In this document: positions 24,312 through 34,971 of the stretch, one piece after another | Layout of the letters: every line of letters starts with the position of its first letter | Numbering within the stretch: position 1 is the stretch's first letter | Assembly: GCA_024691985.1 (NCBI GenBank) | Contig: JAILNC010000099.1 | Span: forward strand, 18,606 to 82,605 | Direction: 5' to 3' | DNA length: 64,000 bases | From: Oscillospiraceae bacterium | GTDB taxonomy: Bacteria > Bacillota > Clostridia > Oscillospirales > Oscillospiraceae | Notes under the pieces: model-generated | What the model saw: only the letters and a program-made list of their open reading frames with translations | Database searches by the model: none | What the model was told of the DNA's origin: nothing | Translations under genes and position numbers: made by a program

Positions 24312-24758
24312 TCAGCGCTCCTCTCTCACCGGATAGTCCCAGGGCCAGGGGTCCCGGAGCCAGGTATAGGCGTCGCTGCCGAGCTGGTCTCTCTGGCAGA
24401 TCGGGCCGTAAGCTTCGGCGTAGCGCCTGTGCGCCTCTTCCTTAAGCGCGAGGAAGCTCTGATAGAGCTGGAAAGCCTCGCGGTCAGCGGCATGGGTATC
24501 CAGATACAGCTCCAGCTCGTCGGTGACGAAATCGATGGCCATGAGCTCCGCTGTCGGCACATCCGGGACATTCTCGTTGACGACGTTCATAAACGGCAGG
24601 TCAAGCCCCGGGAACAGCGTACCCCGCTCAAGCGCCTCAGAAGGCTCATAGGCGGGCGCCGCGCTGTCCTGCATCGGCACATAGGACAGGGCGAGCGGCG
24701 CGCGCGCCCCGGGCAGACTGCCGAGCTTATACGATTTATCGCTTTGATTGCAGCTCAA
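24312..24758 (-). CDS. Fused CotJA-CotJB spore coat-associated protein
   Basis: The N-terminal half LALSYVPMQDSAAPAYEPSEALERGTLFPGLDLPF is the CotJA motif. The C-terminal half FVTDELELYLDTHAADREAFQLYQ…YGPI…WPWDYP is the CotJB motif. The gene lies 3 nt upstream of cotJC. Confidence 0.75.
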   Translation of the reverse strand: MSCNQSDKSYKLGSLPGARAPLALSYVPMQDSAAPAYEPSEALERGTLFPGLDLPFMNVVNENVPDVPTAELMAIDFVTDELELYLDTHAADREAFQLYQSFLALKEEAHRRYAEAYGPICQRDQLGSDAYTWLRDPWPWDYPVREER

Positions 24759-24814
24759 AATGATTCCTCCTTACTTGGGTTCAACCCATCTTATTCCTCC
24801 CTTCTCCAAACGGT

Positions 24815-24846
24815 GAACGGGCGGAGTCCTTCGACTCCGCCCGTTC
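24815..24846 (-). terminator. Hairpin downstream of ligA
   Basis: GAACGGGCGGAGTC-cttc-GACTCCGCCCGTTC, a perfect 14-bp stem with a weak T-tract. Confidence 0.45.
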
Positions 24847-24872
24847 GCTTTGCACAGACTAAGCACCTGCGC

Positions 24873-24915
24873 GTCATTGCGAGCCAGTGACCGACGTCAC
24901 CGGCGTGGCAATCCG
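24873..24915. repeat. REP-like palindromic element of the GTCATTGCGAGCC…GGCGTGGCAATCCG family, copy 2
   Basis: GTCATTGCGAGCCAGTGACcgacGTCACCGGCGTGGCAATCCG, with the same termini as the copy at 10184-10222. Confidence 0.6.
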
Positions 24916-24922
24916 TACTCTT

Positions 24923-26908
<1,986 letters not shown>

Positions 26909-26911
26909 TCA

Positions 26912-27583
26912 TCACTTCAAATTCACATACGTCCCCGGGACCTTGCCGACCACCAGCGTGTCCGCGATCAGCACCTCGGTCATGACCTGCGTGCTCTCGG
27001 TCCCCCAGGGGATCAGGATGTCGATGTCTACGATCACGTTCAGACCGATCTGGTGCTTGGTCTGGTTGATGCCCGCCGTGACCACGCTGTCGCCCATCTC
27101 CACGCGCGAGGAGGTCAGCATGATGATCTTGACCGGCACGTTCGGCCCGCGGCCCATGAGCAGGCTGATGCCCGTGAGGTTCCCGGCCGGGATCTGCACG
27201 GTCAGCGTGCGGTTCTCGGTCGCGCCGACCACGCGGTCGAGGATCTGCGTGGAGAGCTGGTTGATCATCGCCATGTTGCTGTGGATAGCCGTGACCTCGC
27301 CCGCGTCGTTTTTTTCAAATTGAACGAAGTCGCCGCTCTTGAAATCGCCCTCCGCCATGAGGGCGGAGATGGCCTTGTTCGCCTGTACGGTGACGATGTC
27401 CCGGGCGTCCGAGACGGCGATCTGACAGGAGATGTCCTTGAGGAAGATCGCCGCGCCCGACAGAAACAACAGCAGCGCCGCCAAAAAGAGCAGCAGCGAG
27501 AGCGCGCGCAGGCTCTTCCTCTCGGACATGACCGGCGGGACACTGCAGTAGCGCCGCTTTGGATGCCTGCGCCTGAAACGCAT
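26912..27583 (-). CDS. yunB: Sporulation protein YunB
   Basis: N-terminal TM segment, then …FVQFEKNDAGEVTAIHSNMAMINQL…GINQTKHQI…VGKVPGTYV. The ATG at 27583 has GGGGAGGTGA 5 nt upstream. Confidence 0.8.
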   Translation of the reverse strand: MRFRRRHPKRRYCSVPPVMSERKSLRALSLLLFLAALLLFLSGAAIFLKDISCQIAVSDARDIVTVQANKAISALMAEGDFKSGDFVQFEKNDAGEVTAIHSNMAMINQLSTQILDRVVGATENRTLTVQIPAGNLTGISLLMGRGPNVPVKIIMLTSSRVEMGDSVVTAGINQTKHQIGLNVIVDIDILIPWGTESTQVMTEVLIADTLVVGKVPGTYVNLK

Positions 27584-27625
27584 GGGCGTCACCTCCCCAT
27601 GCATGCTATGCGCGCTATGCCCGTC

Positions 27626-28879
27626 CTATGCGTCCAGCATGGCGCTGACGGCCATCATGATCCCCAGCTTGCCGGACTCGTAGGTCAGGCCTCCCTGCAT
27701 GTAGACGAGATATGGCTCGCGCATCGGCCCGTCGGCGGAGAGCTCGATGGACGAGCCCTGCACGAAGGCCCCCGCCGCCATGATGACCGGGCAGTCGTAG
27801 CCGGGCATGGCCCAGGGCTCCGGCGTGACATAGGAGTCCACCGGCGCGCCCGCCTGGATGCCGAGACAGAAGCGCTTCATGCGCTCCGGGCTGCCGAGGC
27901 GTATCATCTGGATGATGTCGGAGCGCCCGTCCAGCGCGCCGGGCGCGCTTTCGATGCCGAGCTCTTCCATCATCGCCGCACAGAAGCAGGCGGTCTTGAG
28001 CGCCTGCGCCACCGTATGCGGGGCGAGGAACAGGCCCTGAAACAGCAGACGGTTGTTGCCGAGCGTGGAGCCGCACTCGCCGCCGATGCCGGGGCTCGTC
28101 AGGCGCATGGCCGCGCGCTCGACAAGCTCGCGCTTTCCGGCGATGTAGGCCCCCGTCGGGGCGAGGCCGCCGCCCGGGTTCTTGATCAGCGAGCCCGCGA
28201 TCAGATCCGCGCCCAGGTCGGTCGGTTCCGATTCCTCCGTAAATTCGCCGTAGCAGTTGTCCACCATGACATGCACGTCCGGCCGCGCCTGTTTCACGGT
28301 CCGCACGATCCGGCCGATCTCCGCGACGTTTAAAGCCCTGCGGTCCTCGTAGCCGCGCGAGCGCTGGATCATCACCGCCGCGACGTCCAGGGCTTTGACG
28401 GCCTCCGCGATCACCGCGTAGTCCGGTTCCCCCGCCGCCGTCAGCTCGACCTGGCCGTAGCCGATGCCGTAGCTTTTCAGCGAGCCGAAGGCCTCGCCGC
28501 TCAGACCGATGGCCGTACGCAGCGTGTCGTAGGGCGTCCCCGTGACCGAGAGGATGCGCTGCCCGGGCCCGGCCAGCGCGAACAGGGCGCAGGTCAGGGC
28601 GTGCGTGCCGTTGACGAAGCCGAGGCGCACCAGCGCCGCCTCTGTGCGGAAGACCTCTGCGTAGATCTTGTCCAGCGTCTCCCGGCCCAGATCGTCGTAG
28701 CCGTAGCCGGTCGTCCCGGCAAAGCAGGCGTCGGAGACGCGATTGTTCTGAAAGGCCTCCATGACCTTCCGGGTGTTCTCCTCCGCAACGGCGTCGATCT
28801 CCTCAAAACGTCCGCGCAGCCTCTCCTGCGCGCGCCGCGCCATCTCGTAAACCTCGGGTTTGATGTCCGTGATCTTCAT
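27626..28879 (-). CDS. Methionine gamma-lyase family protein (YnbB / aluminium-resistance-type PLP enzyme)
   Basis: …AFQNNRVSDACFAGTTGYGYDDLGRETLDKIYAEVF…GSLIKNPGGGLAPTGAYI…. The start overlaps the murD stop (ATGA at 28876-28879). Confidence 0.8.
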   Translation of the reverse strand: MKITDIKPEVYEMARRAQERLRGRFEEIDAVAEENTRKVMEAFQNNRVSDACFAGTTGYGYDDLGRETLDKIYAEVFRTEAALVRLGFVNGTHALTCALFALAGPGQRILSVTGTPYDTLRTAIGLSGEAFGSLKSYGIGYGQVELTAAGEPDYAVIAEAVKALDVAAVMIQRSRGYEDRRALNVAEIGRIVRTVKQARPDVHVMVDNCYGEFTEESEPTDLGADLIAGSLIKNPGGGLAPTGAYIAGKRELVERAAMRLTSPGIGGECGSTLGNNRLLFQGLFLAPHTVAQALKTACFCAAMMEELGIESAPGALDGRSDIIQMIRLGSPERMKRFCLGIQAGAPVDSYVTPEPWAMPGYDCPVIMAAGAFVQGSSIELSADGPMREPYLVYMQGGLTYESGKLGIMMAVSAMLDA

Positions 28880-30285
28880 GCCCCGCCCCCGTTATCATTT
28901 TTCTCATCCAGCTCCCACACGACCGATTTGAAGAACCTGCCGCGCTCGGCGAAGTTCCGGAAGTGGTCGAAGGAGGCACAGGCCGGGGAAAACAGCACGA
29001 TATCCCCCGCCTTTGCCGCTGCGGCAGCGTCGTGGATCGTCTTCCTCAGATCCGTCTCCATATGGATCTCAAGTCCGCTCTTGGCATAATGGGCGGAATG
29101 CTGTACCGCGTCCCGTATCTTCTCGGCAGTGTCTCCCGTGAGGAAGAGCTCCTTTGCGTACAAACACAGCTCGTCGCCCAGCGTATCGAAGGGGATGTGC
29201 TTGTCGTAGCCCCCCGCGATGACGATGGGCTTTACGCGCATGGCGTGGAGCCCCGCGATCGTGCGCGTCGGAGTCGAGCCGATGGAGTCGTTGATGTACT
29301 GCACGCCGCCGAGCTCGCGCACGAGCTCCAGGCGGTGCTCCACGCCCGCGAAGCGCTTCGCGACCGCGGCGCAGACATCGTCCCCGACCAGCCCCTCCGT
29401 CGCCGCGAAGGCAGCCAGATAGTTGAGCACGTTGTGCTCGCCGGGCAGCTTGATCTCGTCCTTGTGCAGGATCTCGCGCACCGCGCCGCCGTGTACGCGG
29501 CAAAGCACGCCGCCGCGCAGCATGCTGCCCTCCGCGACCTCGCCCCGGTCGGAGAACCAGACCTTGTGCGCTTTCGAGAAGCCCTCGAGATAAGCGCTGT
29601 GCTCGTCGTCGAGATTGAGCACCAGCCTTGCGTCCGCGCTCTGATGCTCCAAAATCGCGCGCTTGGCGTCGATGTAGTCCTGAAAATCTTTGTGTTTGTC
29701 CAGATGGTTCGGCGTCACGTTCGTCACCACGGCGATGTCCGGCGCGCAGACCATGCTGTGCAGCTGGAAGGAGCTCAGCTCCAGCACCGCGATGTCGTCG
29801 GGCAGGATGTCCGGCGTCTCGCACAGCAGCGGATTTCCGATATTCCCGCCCAGATGCACCCGATATCCCGCCGCCTTCAGAAGCTCGGACAGGATGGTTG
29901 AGGTCGTGGTCTTGCCGTCGCTGCCTGTGACGGCGATCACCCTGCAGGGGCAGAGCGAGAGAAAGACCTCCATCTCCGAGGTTACAACCGCCCCGCGCTC
30001 CGCAGCGGCGACAAGATGCCCATCAAAGGGCATGAGCCCCGGGGTCCGGAAGATCAGCTCCTGATCCAGCCCCTCGAGATAATCCTCCCCCAGGCGCAGC
30101 TTCGCGCCCATGGCCTCGAGGCGCGCGGCCTCTTCCCCCAATTGTTCCCGCGTGCGCAGATCGCAGGCCGTGACGTCGCAGCCGCCGCGCAGCAGCAGCT
30201 CGACTAGGGGCATATTGCTCACGCCCAGGCCGATGACGGCGATGCGCAGGCCGCATATGCTCTCCACATATTCCGAAAGGGTCAA
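28876..30285 (-). CDS. murD: UDP-N-acetylmuramoylalanine--D-glutamate ligase
   Basis: …IAVIGLGVSNMPL…VIAVTGSDGKTTTSTILSELL… is the Mur ligase P-loop. It uses a TTG start with GAGGAGGG 6 nt upstream. Confidence 0.9.
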   Translation of the reverse strand: MTLSEYVESICGLRIAVIGLGVSNMPLVELLLRGGCDVTACDLRTREQLGEEAARLEAMGAKLRLGEDYLEGLDQELIFRTPGLMPFDGHLVAAAERGAVVTSEMEVFLSLCPCRVIAVTGSDGKTTTSTILSELLKAAGYRVHLGGNIGNPLLCETPDILPDDIAVLELSSFQLHSMVCAPDIAVVTNVTPNHLDKHKDFQDYIDAKRAILEHQSADARLVLNLDDEHSAYLEGFSKAHKVWFSDRGEVAEGSMLRGGVLCRVHGGAVREILHKDEIKLPGEHNVLNYLAAFAATEGLVGDDVCAAVAKRFAGVEHRLELVRELGGVQYINDSIGSTPTRTIAGLHAMRVKPIVIAGGYDKHIPFDTLGDELCLYAKELFLTGDTAEKIRDAVQHSAHYAKSGLEIHMETDLRKTIHDAAAAAKAGDIVLFSPACASFDHFRNFAERGRFFKSVVWELDEKNDNGGGA

Positions 30286-30319
30286 GCCGAACCCTCCTCA
30301 CAGAAAAACTAACTATGTA

Positions 30320-30348
30320 ATTATACGGCGTTTGTCCCGTGTTTACAA
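30320..30348 (-). promoter_or_regulatory. Candidate sigma-A promoter of murD
   Basis: The minus strand reads TTGTAA-17 nt-TATAAT. Confidence 0.4.
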
Positions 30349-30355
30349 GAACAAC

Positions 30356-30384
30356 TTGACTTGCGCGGGAAAGATGGCTACAAT
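30356..30384 (+). promoter_or_regulatory. Candidate sigma-A promoter of rnpB
   Basis: TTGACT-17 nt-TACAAT, ending about 7 nt before the predicted 5' end of RNase P RNA. Confidence 0.5.
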
Positions 30385-30390
30385 AAGCCC

Positions 30391-30737
30391 CGTGAGTTGG
30401 CCGAACGACCGCGGGCACGAGGCGAAAGCCTGTGCATGAGGAAAGTCCGGGCTCCGCAGGGCAAGGATAACGGGTAACGCCCGCCAGGGGTGACCCTCGG
30501 ACAAGTGCAACAGAGATATACCGCCGGGCTCCGGCCCGGTAAGGGTGGAAAGGTGGGGTAAGAGCCCACCCGTCGCATGGAGACATGTGGACGCTGTAAA
30601 CTCTATCCGGAGCAACACCGTGGAAGGGGGACGCAAGGCCGGCCCGGCCGTCCCCAGGAGGTGGCTTGACCCTGTCGGCAACGGCAGGGCTAGATAGATG
30701 GTCGTTCACGACAGAACCCGGCTTACAGGCCAACTCA
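30391..30737 (+). ncRNA. rnpB: RNase P RNA (bacterial; ends approximate)
   Basis: Contains the universally conserved GAGGAAAGTCCGGGCTCC and ACAGAACCCGGCTTA blocks. The P1 helix TGAGTTGGCC (30393-30402) pairs with GGCCAACTCA (30728-30737). Confidence 0.9.
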
Positions 30738-30741
30738 TACC

Positions 30742-30772
30742 AAGACCCTCCCGATCTGTTCGGGAGGGTCTT
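30742..30772. terminator. Hairpin AAGACCCTCCCG-atctgtt-CGGGAGGGTCTT (rnpB terminator); near-identical copy at 32170-32200
   Basis: 12-bp perfect stem. It lies 4 nt after the rnpB P1 3' strand and is followed by GGTATCTT. Confidence 0.6.
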
Positions 30773-30793
30773 GGTATCTTGTGCTTACGACTC

Positions 30794-32047
30794 TCAGCGT
30801 GCAGCGCCGCGCCGCCTTTTCTGCAGCCCGACCGCCCGGCTCAGGCAGAGGAACAGGCTGCAGAAGCTCACGCAGATCCCCCGGTACTGAAACCAGGCGT
30901 GGATGCAGGTCGGCTGTGCGGCGACGGAGAACCACACAAGCGGGATCGCCGCCGTCAGAAGCTCCGCACCGATCAGCTCCCGCTCCTCTTTCTCCGGAGT
31001 TTTGAAGTACGCCGCGACCACATAGAGCAGCATGGCCAGAAAGACTGCCAGCGTCGGCCACAGCAGCTTGCCCGGAAACACCGTAGCCCACACCGTGCGC
31101 AGCGCGTCCGGCGCATGGTACGCCGCGCCGCCCTGCTCCGGCAGCATCTCCAGTCTGCCCAGCAGGGACATCAGCCCGTCATACAGTCCGTCCTCGCTGG
31201 TAAAAATACTGGTCATCACAAGCTTTGTCAGCCACATCCCCACGTATCCGTACAGCCACGCTACAAGCGAGGAGAGCACGCCGCGTATCCTTTTCCCGGC
31301 GAAAAGCTTCTGCTCCAGACACAGCAGCAGGGGCAGCCCGAGCGTCATCACAGGCGTGGTGTAAAAGTCAAAGAACTGCGTCAGGATCCCGAAACAAACA
31401 AAGCAGGTCGAGATCGGCAGTCTCCGCCCGTCTCTCAGCAGATAGAGCATCATGAGAAACGAGAGCGCAAAGCAGCAGAAAAACTGCGGCGAATGGGCCG
31501 CCACGGCGGGATTCACCAGCACCAGGGCCAGACCGAAGCAGGCGGCGGTCCGGGTCCCGAGCCGTCCTCCGATCTTCGCCAGCGTCAGAACGAGCAGTGT
31601 GAAGAAGGCCAGAGAGAGCAGCCATCCGATCGAGTCGTAGGCAAACGCGAGCAGCAGCGGGCGAAAGAGCAGACGAAAGCCCATCCAGTAACGCACATAG
31701 TTTACGTTGGGCGCTTCGCCGTCACACATGGCGAGCATGGCGTCGCTCTGCAGGACTGTGCCGGGCATGAGGATCGGATTGAGAAGGACGTTCTCCGGCT
31801 CGTCCGCACGGAGGGTATAGGACTCGATCAGGATCGAAGCGTCCGTGTTGTAGTCCATGATATACGCCATGCGCTCGTTGTCGAACACGTAATCCGATTT
31901 CCGGCTGAGCTGGAGCGCAGACTGCCTGAACTGCGGGAAGATCGCAGACTGCGGGATCAGGGAAACGGCGTACAGGAGAATGACCCCGACAACGGCAAAG
32001 CAAACGGGCAGTATCAGATTGAGGCAGAGCCGTTTTGTTATCTTCAT
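30794..32047 (-). CDS. Polytopic membrane protein of unknown function
   Basis: 417 aa counted from MKITKRLCLNLILPVCFAVVG… with at least 9 hydrophobic segments. I recognise no motif. The start at 32047 was chosen over 32146, but its RBS is weak. Confidence 0.55.
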   Translation of the reverse strand: MKITKRLCLNLILPVCFAVVGVILLYAVSLIPQSAIFPQFRQSALQLSRKSDYVFDNERMAYIMDYNTDASILIESYTLRADEPENVLLNPILMPGTVLQSDAMLAMCDGEAPNVNYVRYWMGFRLLFRPLLLAFAYDSIGWLLSLAFFTLLVLTLAKIGGRLGTRTAACFGLALVLVNPAVAAHSPQFFCCFALSFLMMLYLLRDGRRLPISTCFVCFGILTQFFDFYTTPVMTLGLPLLLCLEQKLFAGKRIRGVLSSLVAWLYGYVGMWLTKLVMTSIFTSEDGLYDGLMSLLGRLEMLPEQGGAAYHAPDALRTVWATVFPGKLLWPTLAVFLAMLLYVVAAYFKTPEKEERELIGAELLTAAIPLVWFSVAAQPTCIHAWFQYRGICVSFCSLFLCLSRAVGLQKRRRGAAR

Positions 32048-32169
32048 GGAATCCACCGCATTTTTCAGAGATTCTTGTGGGAAAAGTATAGCATACACCG
32101 CTTCCCATTTCAAGAAAAGCATCCGCTCGCATTGTCTGTTTCGCATTCTTCCGCAGTCTCTTTCACGGC

Positions 32170-32200
32170 AAGACCCTCCCGGGCTGTTCGGGAGGGTCTT
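32170..32200. repeat. Second copy of the AAGACCCTCCCG…CGGGAGGGTCTT hairpin
   Basis: AAGACCCTCCCG-ggctgtt-CGGGAGGGTCTT followed by TTGTCT. It differs from the 30742-30772 copy only at 2 loop positions. Confidence 0.6.
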
Positions 32201-32210
32201 TTGTCTGCGA

Positions 32211-32471
32211 TCACTTATAGGGGTCTACATACGGAGGCGGATCGATCGGGTCCTTATAGGGGTCCCGATAGGTTCCCTTGACGAGCTGGTTGACGATGTT
32301 CTGGATCGTACGGGGATTGTATCCGGCCGCTCTGAGTCTTCTGATGCGCTCTTCGCCGTCGCCGTACTTGCCTTCCAGCACGTCGTACGCAACGGACAAA
32401 TCGCTCTGACGTCCGCCTGCCACGGCGTTCAGGTTTTGATCGTCCACTTTTTTGAACGCTTCGTTTGCCAT
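32211..32471 (-). CDS. 86-aa protein: double-glycine leader-like N-terminus + CW_7 (Cpl-7-type cell-wall-binding) repeat + Pro-rich tail
   Basis: MANEAFKKVDDQNLNAVAGG | RQSDLSVAYDVLEGKYGDGEERIRRLRAAGYNPRTIQNIVNQLV | KGTYRDPYKDPIDPPPYVDPYK. A strong GAAGGAGAGAG RBS is present. Confidence 0.6.
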   Translation of the reverse strand: MANEAFKKVDDQNLNAVAGGRQSDLSVAYDVLEGKYGDGEERIRRLRAAGYNPRTIQNIVNQLVKGTYRDPYKDPIDPPPYVDPYK

Positions 32472-32535
32472 TTTTCTCTCTCCTTCTGGTTGATTGATGG
32501 TTAGGGAAACCGTTTTTCCGATGCCGATCGGTGCG

Positions 32536-33279
32536 TCACTCCGCGTCTTCCCAGTTGTGCCAGACGTTCTGGACGTCGTCGTTATCCTCGAACATGTCGA
32601 GCATCTTCTGCATATTCTTGATATCGTCCTCGTTTTCGAGCTTGATGTAGCCGTTCTGCGGCAGCATCTCCACCTGGGCGGAGAGGAGCTTGTAGCCCTT
32701 GGCGGTCAGCGCGTCGGCTACGGCCGCCACGTCGTCCTCGGCGGTGTAGACCGTCATGGTTTCGTCGCCCTCGTTCTCGAAGTCGGCGGCGCCGGCGTCG
32801 AGCGCGTCCATCATGACCGTATCCTCGTCGAGCTCCTCGTCCTCGTTGTCGATCACGATGACGCCCTTGCGGTCAAAGGACCAGGACACGCAGTTGGCGG
32901 CGCCCATGTTCCCGCCGTATTTGTCGAAGTAATGGCGCATCTCGCCCGCGGTGCGGTTGCGGTTGTCGGTCATGGTCTCCACGATGACGGCAACGCCCTG
33001 CGGCCCGTAGCCCTCGTAGGTGATCTTCTCGTAGTTCTCGGTATTGCCCGCGCCGAGCGCCTTGTCGATGGTGCGCTTGATATTGTCATTGGGCATGTTG
33101 GCGGCCTTGGCCTTGGCGATCACGGCCGCGAGCTTGGAATTGCTGCGGGGGTCCCCGCCGCCGCCCTCCTTGACCGCGACGATCATCTCGCGCGCGATCT
33201 TGGTAAAGGCCTGCGCGCGCTTTGCGTCGGCCGCGCCCTTTGTTTTCTGTATATTGTGCCACTTGGAATGTCCGGACAT
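32536..33279 (-). CDS. yebC: YebC/PmpR family DNA-binding transcriptional regulator
   Basis: MSGHSKWHNIQKTKGAADAKRAQAFTKIAREM… is the canonical N-terminus. Confidence 0.9.
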   Translation of the reverse strand: MSGHSKWHNIQKTKGAADAKRAQAFTKIAREMIVAVKEGGGGDPRSNSKLAAVIAKAKAANMPNDNIKRTIDKALGAGNTENYEKITYEGYGPQGVAVIVETMTDNRNRTAGEMRHYFDKYGGNMGAANCVSWSFDRKGVIVIDNEDEELDEDTVMMDALDAGAADFENEGDETMTVYTAEDDVAAVADALTAKGYKLLSAQVEMLPQNGYIKLENEDDIKNMQKMLDMFEDNDDVQNVWHNWEDAE

Positions 33280-33368
33280 GATAACAACTCCTCTTATGTG
33301 AAACTGGTGTGTTGAAAAATCAGCTTTTATATTTTAGCATATCCGTTCCAAGCTGACAAGGGAAAATT

Positions 33369-34865
33369 CTACACCGACTTCGGGATCAGCAGCATCCCGC
33401 CCGGCGCGTCCGCAGCCGCACAGGCTTCGATGGCCTCCACGCTGGAATGGTAGCGTTTGGCGAGCTCCCACAGGCTCTCGCCCTCCCGCCGGACCATGGT
33501 GAGTGTCGGAAGGCTGCCGCTGTCAAAGGCCTGCTCCTCGTCGAGCGTGACCGTGCTGATGCTGACAATCTCGGCCGTTTTCGTGCAGAGGAGCTGCGCC
33601 TCCAGCGTGACGCGCGCCTCCAGGTTCTTCCCGGCAGGCCGCAGCTCGGCCTCCGTGAGCGCCGCGTTCAGCAGCCGGAGTTCTCCGCTGCCGCAGTCGC
33701 CCTCCGGGTTCAGCGTCCTGCGCAGCGCGGTCATCTCTCCGCTCTCGCTGCGGCAGAGCATGTCAAAGCTGACGGCCGCGCTCAGTCTCCCGTTTTCCAG
33801 GCTGCAGCGCGAGAGGCTCGGGAAAACGCAGAGCAGATCGGCGCAGTCCTCCGTCAGCTCGATGCTGTCCGCGGCGGAGATGCGCACGGTACGCTGCTCT
33901 TCCGCGCTTTCAAAGAGCTGTGTCTCCGTTTCGGCCGCGAGCGGCATCAGATTGCTGTACGCGTCTGCAACGCTTCTTATTGATACTCGGCTTCTCCCGA
34001 CAAACTGCAGCAGGATGTGCAGCTCCGCGTCCAGCACCTTTTCTCCGCTGATGCTGTCCGCAAGGTCGTAATACGCGCCAGTGAGCTGCGGCTGCACGCT
34101 GCACAGATCCATGCTCTCACAGCCGATATCGAGGATCTGTGAGAAGGGCTCCTCAAAGCTGAGCCGGACCGGCGCTTCCCCGTCGTCGGCCAGACAGGCG
34201 GTCTCAATGACTGCCTTTCCTTTGACCACGGCCTTGCTGCCGATGAGCTGGCAGCCCTCCGTGCGCAGCTCCGTCCTCTCGCCGATCAGGCGCTCCGGCT
34301 TCGGCTTTCCCGCCGGGAAGGGATACTGCCCGTTGAGCACAAAGCTCTTTTCGCATACCGCGCTGGGGAGCGTCAGTTCCTCCTGTGCACAGCAAACATG
34401 CAGGCCCATACAGCTCTCCTGTGGCGGCGCCGTCTCCACAATGACGCTCTCCGCCGTAAAAACGCCGAGCTCCGCCGCAAGATCGAAGGTCACGGACAGC
34501 TTGCGTGGGTTGAGCATCCTGGCGTCCGTTGCCATTACGCAGAGCGAGATCTGCGTCAGCTCCTCCCCTGTCAGCTCCGGGATCTCAAACTCCGCCGAAA
34601 AGGGCTTTACCACCCGCAGGCTCGTAAGCCGCTCCCGACTCTCCGAGATGCAGAGCACCCAGGCGCGGGCCTCGCCGGTGATGAGTACGCCGCGTCCGTT
34701 CAGATCCTTGCTTTTAAGCAGCACGCCGCTCTGCACCGCCGCGATCCTTCCGATGTCCTCGTCCGTATCCGGGACTACGCTCTCTACGCTCTCCTGAAGC
34801 CTTTTGCTCAGTCTCATGCTCTCCCGGAAGCAGGAGTCCTGTCTCTTTTCAAAAACGATTTCCAT
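33369..34865 (-). CDS. DUF3794-repeat protein with C-terminal LysM domain (sporulation-associated type)
   Basis: 498 aa with repeated beta-rich modules. The C-terminus TLTMVRREGESLWELAKRYHSSVEAIEAC fits the LysM pattern. Confidence 0.7.
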   Translation of the reverse strand: MEIVFEKRQDSCFRESMRLSKRLQESVESVVPDTDEDIGRIAAVQSGVLLKSKDLNGRGVLITGEARAWVLCISESRERLTSLRVVKPFSAEFEIPELTGEELTQISLCVMATDARMLNPRKLSVTFDLAAELGVFTAESVIVETAPPQESCMGLHVCCAQEELTLPSAVCEKSFVLNGQYPFPAGKPKPERLIGERTELRTEGCQLIGSKAVVKGKAVIETACLADDGEAPVRLSFEEPFSQILDIGCESMDLCSVQPQLTGAYYDLADSISGEKVLDAELHILLQFVGRSRVSIRSVADAYSNLMPLAAETETQLFESAEEQRTVRISAADSIELTEDCADLLCVFPSLSRCSLENGRLSAAVSFDMLCRSESGEMTALRRTLNPEGDCGSGELRLLNAALTEAELRPAGKNLEARVTLEAQLLCTKTAEIVSISTVTLDEEQAFDSGSLPTLTMVRREGESLWELAKRYHSSVEAIEACAAADAPGGMLLIPKSV

Positions 34866-34971
34866 TACACGCTCCTGTCTGCCGCTCGGTTTTCATAAGC
34901 GCTGATCTCCATAAGCGGCGGATGGAGATGCACGATGTCGGGACGTTTGTCCCAGTCCCAGACTGTTGACA

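Noticed and set aside
24144-24890. 248-aa plus-strand ORF beginning MISSVFTIRPGKSLGMISSVFTIRP…
   Set aside because: The repeated N-terminus is just the translated 45-bp tandem repeat read on the wrong strand. The rest is antisense to the cotJA/B fusion.
30023-30733. ORFs overlapping the RNase P RNA locus (30023-30733 minus, 30110-30439 plus, 30343-30681 minus, 30378-30578 minus, 30666-30890 plus)
   Set aside because: The region contains the conserved rnpB core sequences and a matching P1 helix with its own promoter and terminator. The ORFs are chance frames through a structured RNA gene.
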